A DNA stretch of 60,000 nt from Mobula hypostoma (taxonomy: Eukaryota). This document shows, one piece after another, positions 35,880 to 49,116 of this stretch. Location of the stretch: assembly GCF_963921235.1 (NCBI RefSeq), contig NC_086109.1, forward strand, positions 1,924,001 to 1,984,000, in the 5' to 3' direction. The notes under the pieces are model-generated. The model was not told where the DNA came from, searched no databases, and worked only from the letters and a program-made list of their open reading frames with translations. How positions within the stretch are numbered: position 1 is the stretch's first letter; the number at the start of each line of letters is the position of its first letter. The translations under genes were made by a program, and so were the position numbers.

Positions 35880-37990
35880 ACAATGAATTTTCAGAAGAAA
35901 TATGTATAAAAATGACTATGTTCCGAGACATCACAATTTTTTCCCCGTATTCTCTATTTTCCATGACCTTCACCAAGGTAAATTTCAAAGGAAATATTAA
36001 TTTAAGAGACCGCCCATTTCCCAAGGTGCACGTATGGATGACTGTATTGAACCTTAAGATGCTCCGTTATCTCCCTACTAACTTCTTTACTCAGAATATA
36101 TTTACAGATTCTCTTGAAGTCCTCCTTTACCTTTCGGACATGCTGTATCATTTTGCTCTTTTGATTTCCTTCTTGTGTATCCCTGCATCTGTTATACTCC
36201 TCAAGTAATTCCCTTGATCCCAGTTATATTCTTGTACTTGACCTTAATATCCCCCATGGACCAGTTTTCCCTGACCCCCCTGCCACCTTGCCTTTCAATC
36301 TAATAGGAACATGCTGGCCATCAGAATTTTAAGTCCGTCTCACACGTCTGATGTCTCTTTACCTTCAAGCAGCTTCTCACAGTCAAACTTTGGAGTCTCT
36401 GTTTAAAAGTTCAAAGTAAATTTTATTATCAATTACATATATGTCACCATATACAGACTTGAAATTCATCTTCTCAGAAAATCTATAAAATAGTGACAAT
36501 AACATATTCAGTGGAAGATCAACTGTGCAAATGCAAATATAAATAAATAGCAATTATTAATAAGAGCATGAGGTAATGAGATAAAGGGGCATTAAAGTTA
36601 GATTACTGGTTGTAGGAACATTTCAATGATGGGGCATGAGTGTAGTTATCCCCTTTTACTCAACAGCCTGATGGTTGAGGGTAGTAACTGTTCCGAGCGA
36701 TGTGGGTTCTGAGGCTCTTGTGCCATTCTGCCTGATGACAGCAGCAACAGGAGAGCATGATCTGGGTGGTGGGGATCTCTGATAATGGATGCTGCTTTCC
36801 TACGACAGTGTTTCATGTAGGTGTACTCAATATCTGGGAGGGCTTTACTCACGATGTACTGGTTTGAGTCCATTACCTTTTGTAGGATTTTCCATCCAAA
36901 ACCTGTTCCATTCCATACCAGGCTATGATGCAGCCAGTCAATACAATTTCCACTATACACAATAGAAGTTTGTCAATAAAAGTTTTCCTTAAAAGTTGTT
37001 TTTGCTTTAATTTCGGCTAGCTTGTGGACCAATCCTAATTCTTGTCTGTAACAATTTAAAACATAGAATTACACTGTCTGTTCCAAAGTGTTTCCCCACT
37101 GACCGTTCAGTCTCTTGCCCAGGCTCATTTCCCATGTGAGATCCATTATAGTCCCTTATTTTGTAGCACCATCTGCATATTGTTTGAGAAAACTTTTGTG
37201 GATACAACCAATTCCACCTCATCCAAGCCCTTAGCACTATGGTATTCCCAGTCAATATTCCGGAAGTTAGAAATGCCGACCGTTGAAATCCTGTTGTTCT
37301 TTCACACTTATCTGTGATCTCCCTACATATTTGGTCCTGTAATTCCCACAGACTACTTGAGGCCAGTAGTACAATTCCATCCAATGTTATCACCCCCTTC
37401 TTATTTCTGAATTCTCAGTAATAAGAATATCTTCTCCTCTTCAGTGGTGAGGTGAGTGAAGTTATCCATGTGGGTTTTATCCATCCAGCTTCCCAGTACA
37501 TTCCTACATTGGGACAAGACTAATTCTGATGGCGGTATACAAGAACTGGCTGTGGTTGACCAGGAGAGGCTGTTTGTCCGTGCAAAGAAGTCTGACAAGT
37601 GAGAGCCTTGTAGAAAAAACATAATGAGAGTTCAGAGAGAGTATACTCCTGTTAGAGTGAAGGGAAAAAAAATTGTAAGGTTAAGGAATCCTGAGGGATA
37701 TTGAGGCTCTGGTAAGGAAAAACAAGGATGTATAGGTTGGGATCAGGTAGATCGCCTGAGGAGCAAAAGGGATGTAGGAGAACACAAGAAGGAATCAGGA
37801 GGGCAAAAAGACAGCATTGGCAGATGAGAGAATCCTAAAATATTCCCCAATTAAATTAAGAGCAAGAATAACTCGGGAGAGAATAAGGAATAATATGGTC
37901 AGCTCTGTTTGGAGCCACAGGAGATGGGTGAGGTCTGAAACGAATACTGCTCACTTGTATTCATTGTGGAGAAAGTGGTAAATTGGTTTA
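35880..37990. mobile_element. Mixed old CR1 fragments with a minus-strand Rex1/Babar insert (36400-36980)
   Basis: CRRKAASIIRDPHHPDHALLLLLSSGR; QICREITDKC, NEPGQ..VGKHFG. Confidence 0.7.
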
Positions 37991-38269
37991 TTATTGTTAC
38001 ACATGCAAATGTGAAAACTTGTCTGGATACTCTTCATACAGATCAGTTCATTACAAGTGCATTGAGATTGTAAAGGGTAAAACAATAAGAGAAAGCAGAA
38101 TTGAGTGTTGCACCTACAGAGAAGAGCAGTGCAGGTGGACAATAGTGGCCAGTGTCAAAGCGAGGTGAATTGTGAGTTCAAGCTGTAATCTTATTATAAT
38201 TGGGAACTGTTCTAAGGTCTTATAACAGTATTATAGGAGCTGGTGAATGGTGAGGTCTAACAAATCTCT

Positions 38270-38645
38270 AACAAAGGAGGTGTAAGGAGCTCCTTCCCTC
38301 CACTAGCCTGCAGGTGAACATTGGATAAGCTGTAGCATCTACTTAGCGACATCCCCCCGGCCTCCGGCCCTGATCAGGCTCACGTGAAGCCATGGGATCA
38401 GGCGATGGTTGGTCAAATGAGCAGCTGGTGCATATCACAAGTCCTGGTTATGTGACCACTAACTCCAGGCAGACAATCTCTGAAGAGTATTGATAATGGA
38501 TGGCGTCACACATCCTGTAAAAACACTGTCCAGAAGAAGGCAATGGCAAACCACTTCTGTAGAAAATATTGCCAAGAACAATCACGGTCAAAAACCATGA
38601 TCGCCCACATCATACAACACGGCACACAGTGATGATGATAATGAT
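38270..38645 (+). mobile_element. SINE-like element with RTE-type 3' end
   Basis: gaaggcaatggcaaaccacttc (RTE/BovB-like 3' motif) and (gat)n tail; antisense fragment at ~13290-13380. Confidence 0.55.
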
Positions 38646-39199
38646 ATCGATGACAGAAGTTGTCCTTCAGCCTGGTGGTATGCTTTTTTGGCCTTTTATT
38701 ATCCGCCTGATTAGGGGTTTGGGCAGTGAAGGGAGAATGCCTGAGGTGGGTGGGGTCGTAATGTTGGCTGCATTACGGAGGCAGCAAGAAATGTGAACAG
38801 CGTTTATGGAGGGGAGGATGGTTTCCATCGTAAACTGAGACATGTCCACAACCATCTCCAGTTTCTTTCAGTCATACGCAGAGCAGTTCCCAGACCAAGC
38901 AGTGATGCATCCAGATAAGATTCTCAGAGAATTTAAGACAGACTGAGTTCAACTCCGGTAAGTGCAAAGTGCTGTAGTTTGGGAAGTTAAAGTAGACCAG
39001 AATATATACAGCAAAAGGCAAGCCTTGGACAGTGCTGTAGAACAGAGAGAGCTAGGGGTACAAAGATATAGTTCCTTGAAAGTGGCAGCAGTACAGGATA
39101 GCGAAGAAAGCATTTGGCACACTTGCCTTCATCAGTTGGACCATTGCGTGCAGGAATTGGGATATCATGTTAAAACTGATGTAGGTGTGAACCACCTAG

Positions 39200-39275
39200 G
39201 ACTCTGGTGATTATGAGGTGAATGTTACAAGTTCAGGAGTGCAGACTCAGAATGAAATGCGACTGATGGTTGAGT
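39200..39275 (+). pseudogene. 3' remnant of a CD2/SLAM-type IgV exon
   Basis: DSGDYEVNVTSSGVQTQNEMRL, homologous to the ends of both other V exons; 5' part replaced by a CR1 fragment; donor damaged. Confidence 0.8.
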
Positions 39276-39384
39276 TGGACTGAAGGGCCCCTTTCCATTA
39301 ATGTTTCTGTGCTTGAAACATGGGAATCCTGAAGTGAACAATGGACCCATAAGGTGGGAGGGTCTGTAGAGGGGGTGAGTGGTC

Positions 39385-39670
39385 TGTGGGTCACTGTATC
39401 CCCAGTTAAAGATCTGGTCTGTCATGTTCAGGGATTCCAGTTATCCCATCAGTTTCCCAGGGCACTGCTTGTTAATTCCCCAGACTGAGGTCTGAGCTCA
39501 GCAAAGTGTTTATTCCTCAGCCTTCATGCTGTGCTGTGCTGAGTGATACCCTGTGTACTCATTACACTGAATATAGTGTCCCAGTGAGTGACACGGTACA
39601 CAGACACAACAGTACACTCACACACAGCAATATGGTTCCTGACTCACTCTAGCAATAACATTACATTCAA
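39385..39670 (+). repeat. Locus-specific non-coding block, copy C
   Basis: Reverse complement of copy B; lies downstream of the V remnant. Confidence 0.85.
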
Positions 39671-40839
39671 AGTAGACTGCAGACTGCAATATCGAAACAG
39701 TGATCTGTTTGTTGGTCTCCTCTCTCACTGTGGAAGGGACGACACCTCTCTCTGCCTGTGGCATGTTGAAGTGCTGGTTTGTGGACTATAGTTTTTGATG
39801 GACCTCAAATCATAGTCTCTTTGGGGGATTGCTATCGCTTGCCTGAAGGTGATGTGGGGTTAATGCTTCCTGCTGGAATGTGGGTGGAACGGGAAGTGAG
39901 GAAGGATCATGCTTTGCTGCCACTTGTGCGTGAGAGAGGGGTGGGGGTTTGCTTTGAGGTTCTAATATGTTTCTGTCAGTCATTCTTTGGGGTTTTCCTC
40001 TGTTTCATGGATGTCTGTGAAGTCTGAGAATTTCAGGTTGGATACTGTATACATTCTCTGATATTAAATTGAACCAATGAACCATTGAAAATAATCTCAC
40101 CCAGCAACATCCATCTGGAGTTTGGCTGAGAAATGTTCTGTCTTCCATCCCAGGGTTAAATGGTTCCCATTGGAGGGATAACATTAGAAAATGAGAAATA
40201 GGGGGAGTAGGCCAATCCATCCCCAAGCCTAGTACTGTCAGGGCTGGTTTGACAGCCTCGGGTCCACTTTCCTGCCGGTTCCCCACACCCCCAACTCCTC
40301 ATCTCTGTGTGAAATGGGCAGACACCTATTCTGATGCTGTGTCCTCACTCTAGATTCCACCCTCTACCCCACGAGGTGGCGCATCCTCGTAGCTCCCCCG
40401 ACTGTTGATTCACTCCAGGCAGGTCCTGTCCTTGACTATTTCACACCTGCTCCCGGTCTCCATGATCATTGCTGTCACATGGTAACTTTACCAACTAAGG
40501 GCATTCACCCCTCTTCATCTGTTACAACTTCAGTGAGACACAGGACACCAAAATAGTCTCACCAAGAACTCCCAATTAATTCTGACCTGAAGAGCATGGA
40601 CCCAAGCTCTGTAACGAAGATAGGGAGTTTATTTAGTATCATGGAGAAACAGAATCAACACTTAACAATACAATTACTGACAGTGAGACTCCAATGTTTT
40701 CAATGGCTTGATCAGCTCCATTCATAGATCCTGCTGGCTGCTCCATCTACGTCATCCAGACAGCTGCTGATATTCCGTAGCTCTGCCTTTCCCTGTTCTC
40801 CCAGAGGATGTCAGAGGTCATAGATTGTTTTGCCTGAAA

Positions 40840-43800
40840 TATTCAGCTATTGCTGCCTCTCTGACTGGATGTCTGTGACAAGGTGAATGCTGCAGGGATT
40901 TGTGCTTGGTCCATTGTTGTTTGTCATCTATATCAACGACCCGGATGATAATGTGGTTAACTGGGTCAGCAAATTTGCAGATGACATCAAGATTAGGGAT
41001 ATAGTAGACAGCAAGGAAGACCATCAGATCTTGCAGCAGGGTCTGGACCAGCTGAAAATGGACTGAAAAATGGCACATGGAATTTAATGCCGATAAGTGT
41101 GACGTGTTTTTCTTTGATAGGACCAACCAGGGTAGATCTTACACTGTGAATGGTATGCCACTGAGGAGTGTGGTAGAACGAAGAGATCGAGGAATACAGG
41201 TCTATAATTCATCGGAAGTGGTGTCAGAGGTAGATAGGGTCGTAAAGAAGAATTTTGGAACATTAGCCTTCATAACAAAGGTTCTAAACTTAAAGAGGGG
41301 TAACTTTGAAGGTATGAGACATGAATTAGCTAAGATAGACTGGCAAATGACACTTAAAGGATTGACGGTGGATATGCAATGGCAAGCATTTAAAGGTTGC
41401 ATGGATGAACTACAACAATTGTTCATCCCAGTTTGGCAAAAGAATAAATCAAGGAAGGTAGTGCACCCGTGGCTGACAAGAGAAATTAGGGATAGTATCA
41501 ATTCCAAAGAAGTAGCATACAAATTAGCCAGAGAAAGTGGCTCACCTGAGGACTGGGAGAAATTCAGAGTTCAGCAGAGGAGGACAAAGGGCTTAATTAG
41601 GAAGGGGAAAAAAGATTATGAGAGAAAACTGGCAGAGAACATAAAAACGGACTGTAAAAGCTTTTATAGATATGTAAAAAGGAAAAGACTGATAAAGACA
41701 AATGTAGGTCCCCTGCAGACAGAAACAGGTGAATTGATTATGGGGAGCAAGGACATGGCAGACCAATTGAATAATTACTTTGGTTCTGTCTTCACTAAGG
41801 AGGACATAAATAATCTTCCAGAAATAGTAAGGGACAGAGGGTCCAGTGAGATGGAGGAACTGAGTGAAATACATGTTAGTAGGGAAGTCGTGTTAGGTAA
41901 ATTGAAGGGATTGAAGGCAGATAAATCCCCAGGGCCAGATGGTCTGCATCCCAGAGTGCTTAAGGAAGTAGCCCAAGAAATAGTGGATGCATTAGTGATA
42001 ATTTTTCAAAACTCGTTAGATTCTGGACTAGTTCCTGAGGATTGGAGGGTGGCTAATGTAACCCCACTTTTTAAAAAAGGAGGGAGAGAGAAACCGGGGA
42101 ATTATAGGCCGGTTAGCCTAACGTCGGTGGTGGGGAAACTGCTGGAGTCAGTTATCAAGGATGTGATAACAGCACATTTGGAAAGCGGTGAAATGATCGG
42201 ACAAAGTCAGCATGGATTTGTGAAAGGAAAATCATGTCTGACGAATCTCATAGAATTTTTTGAGGATGTAACTAGTAGAGTGGATAGGGGAGAACCAGTG
42301 GATGTGGTATATTTGGATTTTCAAAAGGCTTTTGACAAGGTCCCACACAGGAGATTAGTGTGCAAACTTAAAGCACACGGTATTGGGGGTAAGGTATTGG
42401 TGTGGGTGGAGAATTGGTTAGCAGACAGGAAGCAAAGAGTGGGAATAAACGGGACCTTTTCAGAATGGCAGGCGGTGACTAGTGGGGTACCGCAAGGCTC
42501 AGTGCTGGGACCCCAGTTGTTTACAATATATATTAATGACTTGGATGAGGGAATTAAATGCAGCATCTCCAAGTTTGCGGATGACACGAAGCTGGGTGGC
42601 AGTGTTAGCAGTGAGGAGGATGCTAAGAGGATGCAGGGTGACTTGGATAGGTTGGGTGAGTGGGCAAACTCATGGCAGATGCAATTTAATGTGGATAAAT
42701 GTGAAGTTATCCACTTTGGTGGCAAAAATAGGAAAACAGATTATTATCTGAATGGTGGCCGATTCGGAAAAGGGGAGGTGCAACGAGACCTGGGTGTCAT
42801 TATACACCAGTCATTGAAAGTGGGCATGCAGGTACAGCAGGCGGTGAAAAAGGCGAACGGTATGCTGGCATTTATAGCGAGAGGATTCGAGTACAGGAGC
42901 AGGGAGGTACTACTGCAGTTGTACAAGGCCTTGGTGAGACCACACCTGGAGTATTGTGTGCAGTTTTGGTCTCCTAATCTGAGGAAAGACATCTTTGCCA
43001 TAGAGGGAGTACAAAGAAGGTTCACCAGATTGATTCCTGGGATGGCAGGTCTTTCATATGAAGAAAGACTGGATGAACTGGGCTTGTACTCGTTGGAATT
43101 TAGAAGATTGAGGGGGGATCTGATTGAAACGTATAAGATCCTAAAGGGATTGGACAGGCTAGATGCGGGAAGATTGTTCCCGATGTTGGGGAGGTCCAGA
43201 ACGAGGGGTCACAGTTTGAGGATAGAGGGGAAGCCTTTTAGGACCGAGATTAGGAAAAACTTCTTCACACAGAGAGTGGTGAATCTGTGGAATTCTCTGC
43301 CACAGCAAACTGTTGAGGCCAGTTCATTGGCTATGTTTAAGAGGGAGTTAGATATGGCCCTTGTGGCTACAGGGGTCAGGGGGTATGGAGGGAAGGCTGG
43401 GTTCTGAGTTGGATGATCAGCCATGATCATAATAAATGGCGGTGCAGGCTCGAAGGGCCGAATGGCCTACTCCTGCACCTATTTTCTATGTTTCTATGTT
43501 TCTATAAATCAAAGTATTGAGTACAGGAGTTGGCATGTTAGTTGAAGTTGCATAAAATGTTGATGAGGCCTACTTTGGAATATTATGTGCGGTGTTGGTC
43601 AGCTGCCTGCAGGAAAGATGTAAATAAGGTTGAAAGAGTGCAGAGAAAATTTACAAGGTTGTTGCCGGGTCTGGAAGACGTGATTAATAAGGAAAGATTG
43701 AATAGGTTAGGACATTATTCCTTGGAATGTAAAAGACTGAGGGGACACTTGATTGAGGTATACAAAATTATGAGGGTATAAATAGAGTAAATGCAAACAG

Positions 43801-44105
43801 GCTTTTTTTCACTGCAGTTGGGTAGGACTACAATCAGAGGTCATAGGTTAAGGGTGAAAGGTGAAAAGTTTAGAGGGAACATGAGGGAAAAATTCTTCAC
43901 AGAGGGTCATGAGAATATGAAATGAGCTGTCACCAGAAGTGCAAGCTCAATTTCAACAGTTAAGAGAAGTTTGGACAGGTACGTGGATGGTACTGTATGG
44001 AGAGCTATGCTCCCGGCGCTGGTCGATTGGAGCAGACAGTTTAAATGATTTTGGCATGGAGCAGGTGGACCAAAGATCTGTTACTATGCTGTAATTTTCT
44101 ATGAC
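40840..44105 (+). mobile_element. Old CR1 3' half, split by a younger CR1
   Basis: ...ttagccttcataa (41275) resumes as atcaaagtattgagtacagg (43508), i.e. LAFI|NQSIEY. Confidence 0.85.
41276..43503 (+). mobile_element. Young 5'-truncated CR1 with uninterrupted RT frame
   Basis: No stop or frameshift over ~710 codons to 43407; (tttctatg)n tail; ataa on both flanks. Confidence 0.95.
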
Positions 44106-44160
44106 TTTATGACTATTCTAAACTCTGGGATGGTGTCTTTTCTACGTTGTAAGTGAATGG

Positions 44161-45408
44161 TGTCATGGTCCGGTCCGTGAAGTCCGTGTTCCGGTTCACG
44201 GTCCGGTCCATTGACCTCATTCCAGGTTTTCCGGTTTTCCCATGTTCTGTTGGGGTGCCTCAATTGAGGCTCATGATTCTCATTTTGGGCTGCTACGTAA
44301 GTAGCTCCTGGTTTCAGCTTGAGTTGCTGGACTGTCCCTTTCCTTCTTAAGCCCTTGCCTGAAGGCTTGTCCGCAACCCTCACCTGAAACCTTGGCCTGA
44401 AGACTTGCCTGCAACCTTGTCTGCGTCCTCACCTGTATCGCTGTCAAGTTCTACCACTGGAGCAAGACCGGAGCCTTGCTGTGTCTAGATAAGGAACTGT
44501 CTATTGTTGTTTGGAACTGTCTCTGTGTCCATGCCTTTGCTAGGTAGGTCCGGCTGTTTGCTGCTACCTTGTGTTGAGGACCATCTCTGTGTCCATGCCT
44601 TCACTAGGTAGATCTGGCTGTTTGCCGCTATGTTGTGTTGGGGACCGTCTCTGTGTCCACGCCTTTGTTAGGTAGGTCTGGCTGTTTTCCACTACCTTGT
44701 GATGAGAGCTGTCTCTGTGTCCATGCCTTTGCTAGGTAGGTCTGGCCATTTGCCGCTACCTTGTGTTTGGAACTGTCTCTCTGTGTTCTGTGTACAAGAC
44801 CCGCCCTTACATCCTGCTCCCTAGGAGGGGTCCTGACTCTGTGTTGAGCCCCAGCCCCAAGTCCTGTTCCCAAGGAGGGATCTTGGCTCTGTGTTCCATG
44901 TCCCTGTGTTTCAGTCCCCCACATCCTAGGCTCTGTGTTCCTGTTCTGCCAAGACCAAGGCTCTGCGTTCCTGTCTCCCTCGACCATGGCTCGGCTTTGT
45001 GTTCTCTTCCTGTCCTTGTGCTTTGCCCAGCCCAGTGCTGGAGATTCCACGTCCTGCCCAGGAGTCCCAAGTCCTGCCGCCACGCCCAGTCCTGTTGCCT
45101 TTCCACGTCTAGTCCTCGCCTGGATCTGGAGTCCGAACCCGAGTCAAGACCTAGGTTCCGGGTCCCTGTCCAGTCTCTGGCTTGGAGTCCTTGTCCAGGT
45201 TCAAAGTTCCTAGTTCCTCATCCAGGTCCCACTTTCCTAGTCTAGTCCTAGCCCAGGCCCTGTATCCCAGTCTCATCCAGGGCCTGTGTCTTGTCCAGCG
45301 TCGTTTCTTCCCCACATCCCTTGCTTTCTTGACACACCTTGTCCTGTTCCTAGTACTTCAGTGTGTGTATCTTGCATTTGGGTCTGCTCCCAGCTCCCCC
45401 TTATGACA
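44161..45408 (+). mobile_element. Solo LTR of a related Gypsy family
   Basis: TGTCAT...ATGACA termini; aatgg/aattg flanks (4/5 TSD); shares tgtcatggtccgg start and cttgcatttgggtc end with the other LTRs; ~65 bp internal tandem repeats. Confidence 0.8.
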
Positions 45409-45872
45409 AATTGTGGACAAGGATACATGGATAGGAGGTTGGTTTCCATGATATACTTAGTTGTGTTCACAACTTTCTGCAGTTTCTTGCGGTCACATAA
45501 AAAACAGTTGCCATAACAAGTGTGATGCATCCATAATGCTTTCTATGGTGCATCTATAAAAGGGGACATGCCATTGGTTTTTAGTGTGTTGAAGTGCTGT
45601 TCTTTTCTGCGAGTGAGGGGGCCAGGGACCGTTATTGTTGCAGTTAATTTTTGTAAGTGAGAGGATCGGGGACTGTTATTGGCACTGGTCTTTTCTGTGA
45701 GTGAGCGGTGTTGGGGATGGTTATTGTCACTTATTTTTGCTGTGGGAAAGGGGGGATTTTGGGGACTGTGACTTTTGTTTCTTTTTTTTATGTCGAGGGA
45801 AGAGTTGATGGCTTTTCATTCATCAACACCATTTCTTTCTGTAGTTAGTGGCTATCTGAAGTAGACAAATAC

Positions 45873-47976
45873 CAGAGTTGTATTGTACATACATGCTTTA
45901 ACAATCATATGAAGGTTTGAAACTTTATTGAGTTTATCCAGGACTGTCTATCAGTGATGTTCAGAGTTGTATTGTGCACACATACTTAGGCAATCATATG
46001 AAACTTTGAACTTTTATTGAGTTTGACTAGGACTGTCATAAGGGCAAAAAGACCCTAATGGGAGTTATCTACAGGCTCCCAAACAGTAGCCTGGATATAG
46101 GGTGCAAGTTAAATCAAGAGTTAAAATTGGCGTGTCGCAAAGGTAATACTACGGTTGTTATGGGGGATTTCAACATGCGGGTAGACTGGGAAAATCAGGC
46201 TGGTACTGGACCCCAAGAAAGGGAGTTTCTGGAGAGCCTCAAAGATGGATTCTTAGAGCAGCTTGTATTAGAGCCTACCAGGGAGAAGGCAATCCTGGAT
46301 TTAGTGTTGTGTCATGAGCCTGATTTGATAAGGGAACTCGAGGTAAAGGAGCAATTAGGAGAAAGTGACCATAATATATATGATAAGTTTTAATCTACAA
46401 TTTGAGAGGGAGAAGGGAAAATCGGAAGTGTCAGTATTACAGTTGAACAAAGGGGACTATGGACTCATGAGGGAGGAGCAAGCCAAAGTTGACTGGAAAG
46501 ATAACCTAGCAGGGATGACAGTGGAACAACAATGGCAGGTATTTCTGGGAATAATACAGAAGGTGCAGGATCAGTTCATTCCAAAGAGGAAGAAAGATTC
46601 TAAAGGGAGTAAGGGGTGACCGTGGATGACAAGGGAAGTCAAGGACAGCATAAAAGTAAAAGAGAGGAAGTATAACATAGCAAAGATGAGCGGGAAGCCA
46701 GAGGATTGGGAGACTTTTAAGGAGCAACAAAAGATAATTAGAAAGGCAATACGGGGGTGGGGACGGGGAAGATGAAGTATGGAGATAAGCTAGCCAAGAA
46801 TATAAAGGAGGATAGTAAAAACTACTTTAGGTGTGTCAAGAGGAAAAAAATTAGTTAAGACTGAAGTTGGGCCCTTGAAGACAGAAACGGGTGAAATTAT
46901 TATGGGGAACAAGGAAATGGCAGACGAGCTGAACAGGTAATTTGGATCTGTCTTCACTAGGGAAGACACAAACACTCCCAGATGTAATAGTGGCCAGAGG
47001 ACCTAGGGTAACGGAGGAACTGAAGGAAATTCACATTAGGCTGAAAAATGGTGTTGAGTAAACTGATGGGACTGAAGGGTGATAAATCCCCAGGGCCTGA
47101 TGGTCTGCATCCCAGGGTACTTAAGGAGGTGGCTTTAGAAATTGTGGATGCATTGGTAATCATTTTCCAATGTTCTATAGATCCAGGATCAGTTCCTGTG
47201 GATTGGAGGGTAGCTAATGTTATCACACTTTTTAAGAAAGGAGGGAGAGAGAAAACAGGCAATTATAGACCTGTCTGACATCAGTGGTGGGGAAGAGGCT
47301 CAAATCAATTATGAAAGATGAAATGGCGGCATATTTTGATAGCAGTAGCAGGATAGGTTCGAGTCAGCATGGATTTACGAAAAGAAATCATGCTTGACTA
47401 ATCTTGTGGAATTTTTTGAGGATGTAACTATGAAAATGGATGTAGTGTACCTGGACTTTCAGAAAGCCTTTGATAAGGTCCCACATAGGAGGTTAGTGAG
47501 CAAAATTAGAGCTGATTGAAACATATAAGATTATTAAGGGATTGGACACGCGAGAGGCAGGAAACATGTTCCTGATGTTGGGTGAGTCCAGAAGCAGCTG
47601 CCACAGTTTAAGACCAAGGGGTAGGCCATTTAGAACAGAGTTGAGGAAAACTTTTTCACACACAGGGTTGTGGATCTGTGGAATGCTCTGCCCAAGAAGG
47701 TAATGGAAGCCAATTCACCGGATTCTTTCAAGAAAGAGTTAGATAGAGCTCCTAAAGATAGCAGAGTCAAGGGATATGGGGAGAAGGCAGGAACAGGGTA
47801 CTGATTGTGGATGATCACAGTGAATGACTCGAAGGGCCGAATAGCCTACTCCTGCACCTATTGTCTATTGTCTATAGGTGATGTTCAGAGTTGTTTTGTA
47901 AACACATACTTTGACAATCATATGAAGCTTTGAACCTTTATTGAGTTTGACCAGGACTGTCTATCGGTGATGTTCA
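45873..47976 (+). repeat. ~89 bp tandem triplication interrupted by a CR1
   Basis: Unit cagagttg..caatcatatgaa..tttattgagttt..aggactgtctat..gtgatgtt at 45873, 45962 and ~47886. Confidence 0.8.
46040..47875 (+). mobile_element. CR1 LINE, degenerate, with internal RT deletion
   Basis: GDFNMRVDW, SDH, DKSPGPDG; jumps from KIRA to LIETYK near 47512; (ctattgt)n tail. Confidence 0.9.
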
Positions 47977-48849
47977 GTCCTGCGAACTTCAGTCTTCTCA
48001 GCTTCGACAGTGTTGTGGTTAAGGATTGTCTATCCTCACTCTCCACACCACCCACTCCCAACATTTTGAAGTCAAAATGACCAACTCTTGTTTTACTGAC
48101 ATTGAGAAAGATGGCTGTCATGGCAACACATCACTAGGCTCTTTACCTCACTTCTCGGCTCTGACTCATCATTATTTGAGATTTGGCCGACTATGGTGGT
48201 GCCTACTGCCAACTGAGGGGATGAGAGGTGATCACACTGAAACATCCAAACACCTCATCGGATTCTGCAGGATGGAGCCCTGGCTGGAGTGATAGAATAT
48301 GAGCTCAGCTGCTCCAGACTAAGAGAGGATGAAATACATGGGAGAAATCACACCCAGAGGCGAGTGAATTTTCACAGCTCTTCACTAAAGAGCACTACGG
48401 AAGTTCAGTCACATGGGGTATTCAACTTAGATGTGGATGGTTTTTGGATATCAAGGGAATTTGTGAGTTTGGTGCAGGAAAACGAGGTGGAGGGCAATCA
48501 ACCGTGAATGGGGCAGCAGACAGGAAGGGGCTGAATAGTCAAACATAAAGTTTCTACTGAACAAAGAAATGGAGCTGGAATGAATTCCTGGAACACACAG
48601 ACATCAGCAAGACATGACGCAGCTTTATGAGTAACTCTTGTGAAAGAGGGTGCAGCACTTGTGGGAACTTCCTCCAGCAGTAACTGGCTGAACTGAAGGG
48701 TGAGAGAAGAGTTAAACTGTTGGGTTGGAAATGAGTTGGGATTGGCTTAAATTTCATGTGTTTCTGTTGGGATGGAATGCAGGAGTTGGGGATTAAGGTG
48801 TCCATAAGGATCTTCTTAATCCACCTTTCTTTTTCTGTCTCGACCTCAG

Positions 48850-49116
48850 GTCCTGTGTCAGGTACAGTCATCATGGTTCAGTACATCGCCAAGACTTGCA
48901 ATATCACCTTGATCTGCTCTGAAGATTCAGGCAACTCCACCTTCAGGTGGTGGAGGGGAGGAGAAGTTGTGGGAACTGGCAGCCACTATCACCTCCAGCG
49001 GCATGGAGAGGCGAAAGGGGATAAAGAAGTCCTGTATGAGTGTGAGGCCCGGAACCCCGTCAGTAACGAAATGGCAGAGGTCTGGCTGGGAGACATCTGT
49101 GGAAAGAACAAATCTG
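48850..49116 (+). CDS. SLAM-family IgC2 exon (in frame, phase 1-1)
   Basis: Acceptor ttttctgtctcgacctcag|, donor G|gtgaat; 267 nt; PVS...CNITLIC...W...YECEARNPVS...C, the four-cysteine SLAM C2 signature. Confidence 0.88.

Noticed and set aside
41077..43407. Host gene or complete autonomous LINE
   Set aside because: Chimeric, lacks endonuclease and ORF1; 5'-truncated CR1
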